A stretch of DNA of 63,680 nt, the filler included, from Asterionella formosa (lineage: Eukaryota): assembly GCA_002256025.1 (NCBI GenBank). It is 19 parts of 19 records of this genome, joined end to end, with 100 filler letters (N's around TTAATTAATTAA, not from the genome) between each part and the next. Parts side by side here need not be neighbours in the genome. Positions count along the whole stretch, not along the records: positions 1 to 20,326 come from NKIB01003399.1; 18 more parts are not named here. One strand, given 5' to 3'. The notes beneath the pieces were generated by a model. It ran no database searches and had not been told where the DNA came from. It was given only the letters and a program-made list of their open reading frames with translations. Position 1 is the first letter of the stretch. Every line of letters starts with the position of its first letter. The translations under genes were made by a program, and so were the position numbers. This document shows positions 1 to 12,600 of the stretch, piece by piece.

Positions 1-1529
1 GATTAGGATTGAAGACCTAACCAATATCGAAAAGCGACGTGCAATGGAAAGTCTAAATTGTTTGGGTTGAAAAGAGGCAGAGACAAGAGCATTAAAGGCA
101 GAGCATGTGCGAATGGCAATTTGCAACGTGAATACATGGAAAGAGATGAAGCAGCTAGTCCAACTACCATGACTTAATCTGTTATGATAACAGCAACAAT
201 TGATGCGAAGCAAAATCGCGATGTTATGACTGCAGATATACCCAATGCATTTGTGCAAGTGAATATCGATGAGAAAGAAAAAGGGGAACGAATCATTATG
301 AAGATTAGAGGTTTACTTGTCAATATGTTGACAGAACTAAGCCCCAAGACTTATGAAAAATATGTTGTTTATGAAGGGAGCAACAAGGTCCTATATGTTA
401 GGATGATCAAGGCATTATATGGCATGTTACAGTCATCATTATTATATTACAAGAAATGTTGGAAGGATATTGAGTCAATTGGATTCAAGGTTAACCCATA
501 TGATCCATGCGTTGCAAATCGCATTGTTAATGGCAAACAGCACACATCTACTTGGCATGCAGATGATTTGAAATCAAGTCAATTGGACAGCAAAGTGAAT
601 GATCAATTTTTGGAATGGCTCAAAAATAAATACGCTTCTGAAGAAATTGGTGAAGTCAAGGTCATGCGTGGAAAGAAGCATGATTATTTGGCGATGACAC
701 TAGATTACTCTCTTTCAGGAGTGTTGAGGGTGGACATGACCAAATATGTAAAATCAATGATTGATGATTTTCCAAACAAACTTGAAGGTGTTGGAAAATT
801 CCCATGGACAGATAAATTGTTCACAGTTGATATGAAATGAAAGAAGCTTGAATATGAAAAAGCAAAAATGTTTCATACTTTTGTTATGAAAGGAATTTTC
901 CTATGTAAGCGAGGAAGACAGGACATTCAACCAGGAATTGCATTTCTGGCAACCCGAACTACAGAACCGAATGAAGGCGATTGGGCAAAATTAGTCAAGA
1001 TCATGAATTTCTTGAAAGCAACTCAGAATGAGGTTGCATCTATGAGTGCTGATGACACTCAGAGCATTAAATGGTACGTTGATGCGGCGTTTGCAGTACA
1101 CAAAGATTTTAAAAGTCACACAGGAGCTACACTGTCACTTGGCGACGGAATTATTTGTTCTATGTCCACGAAACAGAAAGTGAACACTAGAAGTTCGACT
1201 GAAGCAGAATTTGTTGGTGTCGATGACATCATATCAAGGTGTTGTGGAAGAAATTATTTATTGAAGCACAAGGACATAAGGTGACTACGAATGTCATCTA
1301 CCCTGACAACACTAGCGCAATGAAGCTAGAAGCAAATGGAAAAGCAAGTTCAGTAAAACGCACGCGACATTTCAACATCATGTATTTTTACATTACTGAT
1401 CTTATTCAAAGAAAGGAAGTACAAATTAAGTACTGTCCAACGGATGCAATGTTAGCAGACTACATGACGAAACCACTGGTTGGAACTAAATTTGTTCATT
1501 TTCGTCAGCAAATTATGAATTCAAAGTGA
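1..1529 (+). pseudogene. Degenerate Ty1/Copia retrotransposon pol, RT-RNase H part (5' truncated by window edge)
   Basis: Motifs DIPNAFVQ, KALYGMLQS, NPYDPCVAN, WHADDLK (decayed YVDD-type), WYVDAAFAVH..KSHTG, SSTEAE, RTRHFNIMYFYITD, ADYMTKPL. In-frame stops at ~175-177 and 838-840 and a frameshift near 1240. Confidence 0.95.
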
Positions 1530-1551
1530 GCATCCGTGTCCAGCAGGAGTG

Positions 1552-1830
1552 TGTTAGAGAAATTATTTTAGGAAAGAAAATCCCAGTATGAATTACCTAC
1601 TACATATTGAATCGAATGAATCATAAAAAGAATATGGTACCAGAGAATACTCAGAATTCGAAAATAATCTACATCTCCAGTAAAAGCCATAATTGTATTA
1701 AAACCCTTAGGAACGATTTCAATCGATTTCAGTGCTGATATCGTTGATCATATCTACAGCCTATTTGGTCCCTGACGTGTCCTTACAGGATACAAGAAAG
1801 CATAGAGTGCTTCGGGACGCAATTTCAACA
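1552..1830 (+). repeat. Probable 3' LTR of the Copia element
   Basis: Starts TGTTAGA right after purine-rich CAGCAGGAGTG (PPT-like), 22 nt past the pol stop, and ends TTCAACA, giving TGTT...AACA termini. The 5' LTR is not in the window, so the right end is inferred. Confidence 0.65.
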
Positions 1831-3212
1831 TCTGATCAGCACGCTATTTTGAAATTAGGTGCTCTCATCGATCTTGCATTGCATACTACCAGGTTACCTA
1901 CCTGGTGCTATGGTATCCATCAAACACCAGGCACTGCTGCATATGCATACTATGTACGGTACCTACCAGGTTCTCTATATGTACAACTCCAAAATGCACC
2001 GCTACATACATAAGCAATACACATACCGTATATAATATCATATTAGTATCATGTGCCGCACCCGGTACCAGTAGACGGTAGGAAAACCAGATGTTACCAA
2101 GAGTACCTGCTACTCCTACCAGCTAAGCTACCTCTACTTCGACTCAACTACCGACTTGTTCGACTGCCTTTCCTGCAAATATTTCCTTGCTTTTGTGAAG
2201 ATAGTTTTTGGTCTGTACATACCAACTAATCTTTAGGCTCATAGTTGGTTTTTCGATTTCGGTTCTATGTAGCTTGGGTGATTTCCTCACTTCGGGTCCC
2301 CTTAGCTGCAGTAGAGTTTGCACTTCAGCCGTGGGTGGGACTTTGGGTTGGTGAATTTTTATCTATAGCCTATACATTTTTGCATGGCTTGGGATTGGTG
2401 GGGGTGTGGCTTTTGTTTGAAAGCTGATTCGATACATTATGAGCTTTCGGCCTTGAAACCTTGTCTTGTTGCTTTGTGGCTTCTGGACTCTTCCATAACC
2501 TTCGCTTGCGTGGTTCCCTGTGTTCCCTGCTACCTTTGAATTTCATCTTCGATTTTTCCTGCTAGACTGACTTAGCTCCCATGGTCGCTATCCCAATCTC
2601 AGCCTAAGTCTGTTCCATCTGGATTTCAAGTGCTTTTTTTGTGCACACCCCCTGTTTCCCTCCTCTATAATAATAAGTACCCTGGTACCTGGTAGGGAAG
2701 GAGTTAATTAAGGTTCCTGCATTGAACCGCTAGGCAAAAATTAAAATATTGCTTAGGGTTGCCGAAATTCCCTGGAACTAAGAATTCTTTTGAGTTAATT
2801 TTGAATGACGTGATTCCATTTGAAATATTTAAATCACTGGAAATTTGCGCATACATACATAGATTCCTTTCGAATTCAATAAATATATACATAAACATTC
2901 TCCATTGCTCAATGTTTATTTACTATCCTATCATACAATCAACATATATGTATCAGATGAGCTGGCAGCATGGCAAATATTGATGATGGCTACCGGTAAG
3001 AAACAAAAAAAACAATAAACCATGAGCGAAATTACACATCACAATGATGACAATGGTAATGACGAATTTAAGGTCCATTACCATCCTTAAACAAAAGTGT
3101 TTCTCAATGCATAATGGCTTCTTTTGGGAATTAATTTTTCTTAAAGCAATGCTCTAGTCGCGTGAGGAATATGCAGTGTATTGTTACATGCTATGTGTAT
3201 TTCTATATTTAA

Positions 3213-4406
3213 GGTTGCAGCCCTCGACTTAACCCTAGTTTGGAGAAAACGTCGCTAGGGTTGTAAAAACGGCATGGAACAGGGAGTTTGCTGCTATGAG
3301 TTCCCATGATGATTTGAGTGTCCATTTGAATATTTGAATTAAATAGGAGTCGGCACCAGATAGACAGAGTTCCATTTTAAACAAACAAAATGATATTTAA
3401 ATAAAAAATCTACGTTGCTGGATGTAGACATAATTTTGTTCCACGCCATAACACGACATAAATCAGGAGTATGCCTAAATGTATACTCATGATATTTTTT
3501 ATCCGTTTTAGATTGAATCTTAGTTGCTGTTTGTAGATTTAATATTATTCTACCCCCAAAAGGCATACCGGTATTACTCTACACTCAAAGGCACATACCA
3601 GTATATAAACCAATGCCGGAGTAACGGTGTACCACCAGGGTACCTGGTACCAGTACTAGAGCAATGGATGATGAAACTAATTACCGGTAGTACTTATTTT
3701 ACCTACCAGCTACCGTTACAGTACATTTAATACATTTGGTTCAAGTATGGCTGGCGTAATTTTACAAGACCGAGAAACTGCAGCCGATCTGGAGCAGGCA
3801 AGCAAATTCAGTTCAACCAATCAGAATATGTGTAGTGACATGGGAACTTACCCTCCTAGAGTCTTTTCGGACAGAGATTTATTCAGCAAAACATACTTAC
3901 GCAAGACTCTAGTAAGTCTACGAGAACGATTTTGCACGTACTAATTCCGATTCCAATATTTTGGCGACTGTTGAAAAAACCGATTGGGTCGACTTTTTGG
4001 AAGAGGATTGCTCTACATCTACGGGGTTTCATGACGATTAAAATAGATAGCCGTGTACCCTATAACGTCGGGAGTTAACTTCTGGAGAGAAGTGGCAGTT
4101 ACGTATCGTAGACTTTTTGAAAAGCTTCGTAGCCCCTTTTTTGACTAGTTTTGCGGTAGTTACGAATCTATGATACATAGCTGCCACTTCTCTCCAGAAA
4201 TGAGGTCCTTACTATATCTGTATAGATCATACCCCTAAGTCTAGCAATGACAGTATCTAAGCATATGCAAAGTGGTCGTAATGGTGAAAGCTAAATTTAT
4301 CTTTAACTATTTTATTTACTTGTACGTGATGTGTGGATTGAGGTACATCATAAAAATATTTTGAAAAACAACGGACCTTGCAATTTGTAACTGCGGGGCC
4401 GCAACC
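3213..4406. mobile_element. Non-autonomous TTAA-targeting element, family B (Kolobok-like)
   Basis: TTAA|GGTTGCAGCCC ... GGGCCGCAACC|TTAA. Further copies lie at ~22095-22925 (inverted) and 35505-35910. Confidence 0.85.
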
Positions 4407-5323
4407 TTAACTCCATAATGAACTTCTCAAGATTCCATAGAAATACTAACCGCGAGAATTAGTACGTACATCATGATAGACAGTACAAAATTATAACTTG
4501 AGGTATTTTCTTGCATTTCGAGATGATGTGCCGTCTCCGAAATTAATATCGCTCAAGTTTTCTCATTTGTTTGTACATTACATAGAATTAATTATCTAGC
4601 AAATTTTATTACGCGAGGCATCGCGGACTCAAAACTGTCGCTACTTTGGTCATATCTTAACAACTGAGCAAACGACGACGAAAACAAGTTCTATCAGCAA
4701 TTTCTAATTTTTGTCGTCAATATCGGTGCAAAAAATTTTATTATTGAATGGTTAACTCGTCTATGGTAGTCTTGATAAATGTACGAAATAGCAATAGTTG
4801 ATTTCCAATAATTTCGTCATGGTCAGGACAAAGTTGCTGTCTCAGCATCCCCCTCCTACGGAACATCGCTCAGTACAAATCAAATTTACTCACCGGTATG
4901 TACGTAGCTATGTGAAACATACCAGTAGTCCTTCGTCTGGATATGAAACAATGCATGCATACACCGGTACCAGGTAGTACTTACCATAGGCAGAGCGGTC
5001 CAGTCCAACATGTGATGGATCTGGTGTACACCTCGTATGATGTCGAGGCATGTCGATAACTTCTTACGTAGAATCGAATACATTCTTATACATCTGATGT
5101 TGTGTCGATTTGGACATCCAGTGCATATTATCGATGATAATACAAAAATTGTAAATAATTCTCGATATTCCAATAGTAAAAAAATAGTCATTCAAAATTT
5201 AGTTAGGAAAATATTCTATCACTGATAGAAATTATTCTCGATTTGCTACGTATTTAGTCCAAAAAAATAATCACGAATTCCCAAAAAAGGCAATTGTGCA
5301 TTTAGAAACACTTTTGTGCAAGG

Positions 5324-5756
5324 ATGGTATTTTCTCAAGAATTTAACTTCAGTCATGATGGTTGTCCTACCTGCCAAGACCGGTTGATTGTAGAGTCATG
5401 TCTGGAGGGATGTGAGGATCGCATCTTCTGCAAATGCTGCGATTTTTGCTGCCTTAAATGTCAGTGCCGATGGGAAAGTCGAAGAGTTGGTGGAGAAGTT
5501 TCTGGGAGGTGAATCCATTCTTACCAGGTTGAAGGATGAAGACATAACGGCATCAAGAGCCTGCAATCTTCTATACAAGTTTTTAGTCCGAGTTTTCTGT
5601 GGTCCATTGGGAAAAGGTGTTCGGATGCAACTTCCTGACTGTTGTTTGAAGGGGGTTCGATCTCTTTTGAAGAACAAGGACCCAAACGAAGTGTACACTG
5701 GTTTCAAACCAACTTCCAAACATTCTAAATTCTCTAAATCTATTAGTGATTTTTGA
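5324..5756 (+). pseudogene. KolX-like / P2X7 C-terminal ballast-like Cys-rich protein, frameshifted near 5475
   Basis: Cys-rich N-part CKCCDFCCLKCQCRW in one frame. The next frame has LYKFLVRVFCGPLGKGVRMQLPDCCLKGVRSL...YTGF, matching the recalled Y..F....G.LG.G.R..LPxC....R....Y.GF ballast signature. Confidence 0.7.
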
Positions 5757-5935
5757 TTTTACGATTTTCATTTATTTCATTAGTAAATCAAGAACTTCAA
5801 TCCACCTACGTATGATGTTTCAAAACCTTCTATAAGTGAGGTGGCATGAATGACAAACATATTTTTATTTTTACATAATCTAACAAATCAACCAGCTATA
5901 AAAAACATCAACACCAACTATTATCAAACAAAATC

Positions 5936-6363
5936 ATGTCACATTCCAGTGGTAGCCGTCTCATTTCCGAAATTGGTGCTGGTGGTCAAGGAGGACAAAA
6001 TATAGCGGCCGATGAAAATCAAAATTGGTGGACCTCTAAGATGCCTTTTTCCCCTACAGCAACAACTTCACCAATTGAACCAGCAATCACATGTCACCAA
6101 TTAAAACATACTCTCAACTGAATGTCAATCATATAATCGACTATAGTACATTGTCGAAATTTCTGCAGGAAGATATGTATTGCAAAAGTTGTGTTAATAA
6201 ATTTGTACAAGAATATAGCAAACAATCACTTCGTGACTATGTAACTTACTTTACGTCAAATAGACAACAAAAGTTGTCCATTGAACAGCAATGTGAAGAT
6301 TTTCTGGAGCCTGAAAGATTGAAAAAAACTTGTGTCAGTGATGTTCTAACTGTGGCTCATTGA
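5936..6363 (+). pseudogene. Probable N-terminal remnant of the Kolobok/Mutator-like transposase
   Basis: Two overlapping ORFs. NHIIDYSTLSKFLQEDMYCKSC resembles the (R/H)IID..L......CxxC start of these transposases. No catalytic core is visible. Confidence 0.4.
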
Positions 6364-7009
6364 TCCAACAAGAGCATTTACAAATTTTTGGTCGACATTG
6401 GTGGTATCCCGCTGAATGCGCAATGTGCTTTTGAATTGCTAGGGAAGGAGGCAATCATTTTGTCTTTGTGAACCCAACAATTGAGCACCTTGGCATGTAC
6501 TCTTGACATAGCATAGCTATATTCAGTTCACTTTTCCATTTTCAATCCTTCTAAGCGACAAGGTTTATCATCATTGGGTGCGTTGAAGCGTCGTTCTTTC
6601 AGTTTTCCTTGTCAAAGTGCAGAAATGATCTTTCATTTCAGGATCATGTGTTACCGGTATGCTTAACAAGGAACCTCTAAACATGATTTCAAATGTATAG
6701 GCTATGTACATATTTACAAAATTTTGAAATCGTATAAATATATATATGCACATAATGTGTATACTATCATCAATTAAGCTTACACATAATTCAAATATAT
6801 ATAATGCATGAGGATATCATTGTTTTTCACAACCTGATGTACTGTTTTTGAATTTTTCCGCATCAATTCTTGTACCTACAAGTAAGTAATTTAATAAAGC
6901 CCCTCAATTAGCGGGTCATACGAAATATTTCATATGGTACAAACCATAAAATATTTACTAGTAGATGAATTGCTCGAATCAATCGTTATGAATTACAGAT
7001 CATACCTCC

Positions 7010-7200
7010 TGGTTAGAAATGATTGCCAATATATAAGATCACAGATAACGATTTTAGCATTTTTAGCTTTTTTGATCTTACTTTTATCATGAAAAAAAAT
7101 TTTACTACAAAAAAATTACATATCATATTTTGGTTAGAAACGATTGCCAATAAATAAGATCACAGATAACAATTTATAGCTTTATTGATCTTACTTTTAA
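7010..7200 (+). repeat. Direct duplication of ~75 bp (7010-7087 and 7130-7200)
   Basis: TGGTTAGAAAYGATTGCCAATAWATAAGATCACAGATAAC...TTGATCTTACTTTTA occurs twice. The second copy ends at the TTAA before the 7201 terminus. Confidence 0.85.
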
Positions 7201-8937
7201 GGTTCCTGCATTTGATCTCCTAGCTCGAGGTAGGGTTAAAAAATAATATTAAGTCAGAGTAGTCAAACATAGACTTCTTACAAGTAAAACGTAAATGTAT
7301 ATCGCTAATCGGAGCTTTCACCAATACACACCCTTTCCATATGCTTAAATATAATCATTTATCAAAGTAGGAGTTTAGTTCAACGCTATATATCGTCAGG
7401 AAATAGGATCTGGCGAGAAACTGCAGAGAGGAACTTCGGTTTTTTCACTATGCTGAAAATAGTGGATTTTATCGGGCCAACTCGATTATTTGGCCTAGTA
7501 AAAAACCGAAGTTCCTTTCTGCAGTTTCTCGCCGAAAGTTAATTTCTGGGGCTATATGAAGATCATGTCTTCTAATCTATAGATTGCTACAGTAGATATG
7601 TACATTTACCCATGTACGACTGTCCTACTCATGCAACATTAATGATTCGAATTCAGATTGACCGGTTGTTGATGTGTGCAGCCAGTGTTGGTATACATGC
7701 AAAAATACATGTATCAATATATACATACATACAATGTTCTCCTTGACGACAAATATTATTCATATTAGATGATAAATTGAATTTATATGATCATTTGATC
7801 GCCATTGTAAGATGCATCACATGAATTAGATGTTTTCTAGCTATTTGCAGACGATGTCAGCACTGCAAGAATCCTTCTGGAGACAAAAAGAAAAGCGACG
7901 AAGTGACGATAGAGCCTATAAAGCACAATTCAAACGAAAGAGGAAACGAAGCGAAAAAATACATGCAGCACGATTTGAAACCGTCAAACAGGAAAGACAA
8001 GACAACAAATCAGGTAAGAATTACTGTTCTGGTGTTGCGCTCAGAAGGGAACATCAGGAAACAAGAAGGAAAGGAACAAATGTCTGCAATCATTGTTGCC
8101 GCAATGATCATGAAAGGAAAAGCAGTGCACTCTGTCCATTCAATTTACCAGTAGGCAAGCAAAGCGCCTGATCATACTGGTATGTGTATGATCAATGATG
8201 ATCAGCTACCTACTGTGAGTATTGTACTGGCCAACACCCACCAAGAAAATGTTAAATGTGCATCCATTGTGCTGGCCAGCTTGGGTTTGCAAGACTGCGC
8301 AAACCAGGCCAATCAATTGTTGGTAAGTAATTGAATTTGACCAATCAAAATATTTATAGTGAAGCGTGGACTTACAATGGAATTTTTTGTACAGGCGATT
8401 GTAGGACGAAAAATTGAATCACAAGACTCCTATTACAATGATGACGTTTCGGTGATTAGCAATTCTGATTCCGACATTTTGGTGACTGTTGAAAAAGCCA
8501 ATATTGTCGAATTTTCGAAAGATGATAGCTCAACATTGGCAGGGTTTGAAGAAGAGTTAAGTACATAGGTAATCTTCATATAGCCCCAGAAGTTAACTTT
8601 CGGCGAGAAACTGCAGAAAGGAACTTAGGTTTGTTTACTAGGCCAAATAAACGAGTTGGCCTGGTAAATCCATTGTTTTCAGCATAGTTTAAAAAACCGA
8701 AGTTCCTTTCTGCAGTTTCTCGCCAGATCCTATATCCTGATGATATATAGCATTGACCTATACCCCTACTTTGATAAATGACTTTAACTAAGCATATGGA
8801 AAGGGTGTGTATCGGTGAAAGCTTCATTAGTGATATACATTTACGTTTTTCTCCTTAGAAGTGTGTGTTTGATTACTCTGACTCAATATTATTATTATTC
8901 AACCCTACCTCGAGTTAGGGGTTCAAATGCAGGAACC
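7201..8937. repeat. Long inverted repeat pair of ~360 bp (7201-7562 / 8573-8937), family A ends flanked by TTAA
   Basis: 7201 GGTTCCTGCATTTGA...CTGGGGCTATATGAAG is the diverged reverse complement of CTTCATATAGCCCCAG...TCAAATGCAGGAACC ending at 8937. Confidence 0.92.
7830..8171 (+). pseudogene. Probable C-terminal remnant of the transposase (basic helix plus zinc knuckle)
   Basis: KRKRKRSEK basic tract, NYCSGVA, then CNHCCRNDHERKSSALCPFN (CxxC...H.R.SS..CP.N). It lies just inside the family A right end. Confidence 0.55.
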
Positions 8938-9623
8938 TTAATTGCATAATGCTAACCGTACATGCGTAATGGTAATTTAAATAGTCTATGAAATCTATCT
9001 ATTTCTGTATATACCCACAGATGTGTTGATGCATGAATGTATTTATGTATGGATATATGAGATTTTCGATGATTTTATTAGCTACGTCAGAATGGACTCA
9101 GCTGAGCGAGGCGGGTGCTGGTTGACCAAAAATGGCTGGAGCGATGCAAATGAAGAACACTACGTACGTGGTATGTAGGAGTACCTGGTATGCATAAATA
9201 TAGCTGGTGTTTGTTATCAACTTCGTACGTGCGGCCAGACAGGGAAGTGAGTGGGAACAAGTCTCCATGATGCTGAATTCATTGCAGTCCTCTTCGCCTG
9301 CCCACAATGCATCACGACAATCATTGACAAACCTCCGAAAGGCCAATTCAACGCATTCTGAGGCATCCAGGAAATTTACGTCGCTCTCGTTTCAGCGCCT
9401 CGTCACCAATCACGAAGATAATCGTCCAAGAGAAAGATTCGACTTTGAAAGGTCCCATTGCGATCATTTTGGCTCGCAGGCAACAGCAGTCTCGTTATCT
9501 CTTTGAATCGCAGAAGAATCGACTTGTCCGACTCAACTGAGCAATCGTAGGCCTTTTGCTCGGTATTAGCGCGAACTTGAAACTACGCAACGCATCCCGT
9601 TCATCACTGATTACTCTGGTCTC

Positions 9624-12600
9624 ATGCAGCCTCCTCATGTGCCCCAAACGCAAGGCGGAAATGGGCAACCAATGCCACCCGGACATAATGCAAATCATCA
9701 CCAGGCACCATTGAGAACTCTGTCGGCTGGGACACATCCCAACGAAAGTGCTCCGTCCCCGTTACCCGGCCAACCTGCCCCCAGACATCCGCCGATGCCC
9801 TCCAACAATGCTCCCCAGGGGCGAGGTAATTTTCCGACTCCTGGCGCTGGTATCCCTGGAGCTAAACGCGATGGCTTCGGTCCTGGATATCCTCCTAGTC
9901 AGTTAAGGCGAGGACCGCCGCCTAATATGGGCGACCGCCGCCCTGCAGGCCCCTCCCCGCCTGCACAAGCTCCTCGTTCTGCGGTGCCTCCACAAGGACA
10001 GAACTACCCACCAAATCCTACTTATACGGGGTCACAACCACAAACTAGCAACACAGGATTGCCCCCTCAGGGACCACCTCAGCAAACGCAACCGCAACCG
10101 CATCAAGGGCAACCTAGACAAACAATGCGCCCTGGAGTTCCTCCTCCCCAGGATCAGCGTAGGCTTTCTGGAAACGTAATGCATTCTGGTAATCGACAAG
10201 CTCATCCGCAAGGGCCTCCTGTTTCTCAAGGACCTCCACCCTCTGGGACACATCCAGGAAATCGACCTGCTCAGGGACCCCCGTTTCGACCAGGACCTCC
10301 CGCTGTGATGCCTCCACAGGGAAGTGGCGGGATGAGAGAGCTACGAGTGGAAGACGCCTTGGTATATTTGGACGACGTTAAGAGAGAGTTTGGAGATCGT
10401 CCAAAGATTTACAATGAATTTCTTGAAATTATGAAAAATTTTAAGTCGCAAGAAGTGGATACCCCTGGAGTGATTGATCGTGTTTCACGTCTCTTTCGCG
10501 GCTACAACAACTTGATTTTGGGTTTTAACAAGTTTTTACCAGATGGATACAAGATCTCATTGCAAGATTTAGAACGTAGGGAAGCAGAACTTCAGCGTCA
10601 AGCGCAGCAGCAACAGGCAAGTGCATCGGGATATTTTCAGGGCCAGACAGGAGCGCGACCATCACCGCCAAACCCTGTGGCTACCCATTTGATGCAACAG
10701 CAACAACCACGCCGTGACGGCCCTCCACAGCAAGTTACTTCCCATTTACAGAATCACGGACGCCCCCCAGCTTCGACTGCACAAGGGCCTCCGCAAGGAT
10801 ACGCACCAAAGCGACCTCCACCTGGTCAAGCTCCGCCTCAAGCAGCAATAGGCCGTGGTGCTGGAAATGGAAAGGCCATTGCTAATGGTATTCCGCCGCC
10901 GCAGCAGCAGATACCACGCCAAGGACCGCCACCACAGCAAATCCATCGGGGGCCAGCTCCTCCAACTCATCCTCCTCAACATGTTCAAGTGCAGGCCCAA
11001 CCCCAGCACCAAGCAGTTGAGTTCGATCATGCCATTTCTTATGTAACGAATATCAAAAAAAGATTTGCAGATGACCCTAGCACCTATCACCAATTTCTGG
11101 AAATATTGCACACGTACCAGAAGGAACAACGGGGAATCAAGGAAGTGTTGGAACAGGTTGCTTCTTTGTTTGCCGACCATCCTGACTTGTTGAAAGAGTT
11201 CACCTTCTTTCTCCCAGATGCCGTTCAAGAGCAGGCCAAAGAACGCCTTCATCGTGCCGCAGCTGAGTCAGAATCCCGCCAAGCGTTGGCGGCGCAGCAA
11301 CAACAGCAGGGGTATACAGGGCGTCAGATGCCCCCGGCTTGGCATAGCGGACCAAGAGGCCTGGACCCAAATCGCACTCAACAAATACGAAAACTATCTC
11401 AACAAAAATTCATTGATATGACTGGTCAGAAAGTTGAAGTTCAGGAGGAGTCTACCCTTTCTCCCCGTCAGTCGCCAGTGGTTAAAAAGAGACCAAGCAG
11501 TCCTGGTTCGGGAGGAACCGGCCAGCCATCGTCTCAACCAGAAACATCTGTCTATAATTCTGCTGTTGAAAGACAATTTTTTGATTCGGTGAAAGAGGCC
11601 TTGACGACTTACAGTCGTGATGGAGGACAGGCATGGGCTGAATTCATTAAGTGCCTTGACATGTATGCACAAGAGTTGCTGTCGAAGAACGAAATGTTGA
11701 GCTTTGTTGAACAGCTGCTAGGAAATCGCAGTGCAGAACTTTTTGAAGAATTCAAACGCATTCTAGCGGCTGCTGGATCGCCAAGTGGATCTGCTCCTTC
11801 GATGGAAGATTCATGGTACTCTGTGCCATTGTCTGATATTGACTTCTTTCGCTGTCGCCAATGTACACCATCATATCGTGCATTACCTCGAGATTACCCT
11901 GCCCCTCCTTGTAGTGAAAGAAGCGACGACGAAGCTAAGGTGCTGAACAATATTTGGGTATCGCTTCCAAAGGGCAGCGAGGAATCCTATACCTTCCGAC
12001 ATATGCGACGAAATCACTATGAGGAAATGCTGTTTAGATGCGAAGACGAGCGATTTGAAATCGATCAAGTGATTGACAGCAACGCAGCCACTTTGTGCCG
12101 GTTGGAGCCGATTGCTGAGGAGATCACTCAGCTTGCCCAAGAAGAGGAGATGCAATCAGATTTTATGTCAGGCATCGTGGGCAAGGTGACTGGGGAATGT
12201 GGAATGGGTGGTCTTAGATTCCAGTACACCTTTGAACCCAAGATCCTTGGCGTCGTTCATAGAAATGCCATCGCTCGGTTGTACGGAGATTCTGGACAAG
12301 AGATGTTAGAAATGATTGTCAAGAACCCTACTGCAGCAATTCCTGCTGTGGTTGCGCGCTTGCGACAAAAGGACCGAGAATGGAAAGTTACACGAGGTAA
12401 GCTGAATCGTCATTGGAAAGAGTTGGCGGAAGCAAACTACTTCAAGAGTCTTGACCATCGCAGTCTGACTTGGCGAACCATTGACAAGCGGGCGACCAGT
12501 ACACGTACCCTCATTGCGGAAATTAAGGATCGAGCAGCACACGGCGGCAAGGAGGGTGAAGCAGCCATTGTCGCTCGACGAGAGAAGGCCAAGGAAGAAC

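Larger units (their letters stand above)
2712..8937 (+). mobile_element. Decayed Kolobok-like DNA transposon, family A (TTAA target, GG..CC ends), with nested insertions
   Basis: TTAA|GGTTCCTGCATT at 2712 and AATGCAGGAACC|TTAA at 8937. Encloses a KolX/P2X7-ballast-like ORF and transposase-like N- and C-terminal remnants. Pairing 2712 with 8937 is inferred, because 7201 is an alternative partner. Confidence 0.6.

Noticed and set aside
838..840. Programmed stop read-through or alternative genetic code in the Copia pol
   Set aside because: The same element has other stops, a frameshift and a damaged catalytic motif, so this is simple decay.
2150..2676. Non-LTR retrotransposon 3' end (T-rich tract ending TATAATAATAA)
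   Set aside because: No RT remnant, second copy or TSD could be identified.
2712..8937. piggyBac assignment from the TTAA flanks
   Set aside because: Termini begin GG rather than the usual CC/CA, there are no piggyBac transposase motifs, and the KolX-like ORF favours Kolobok.
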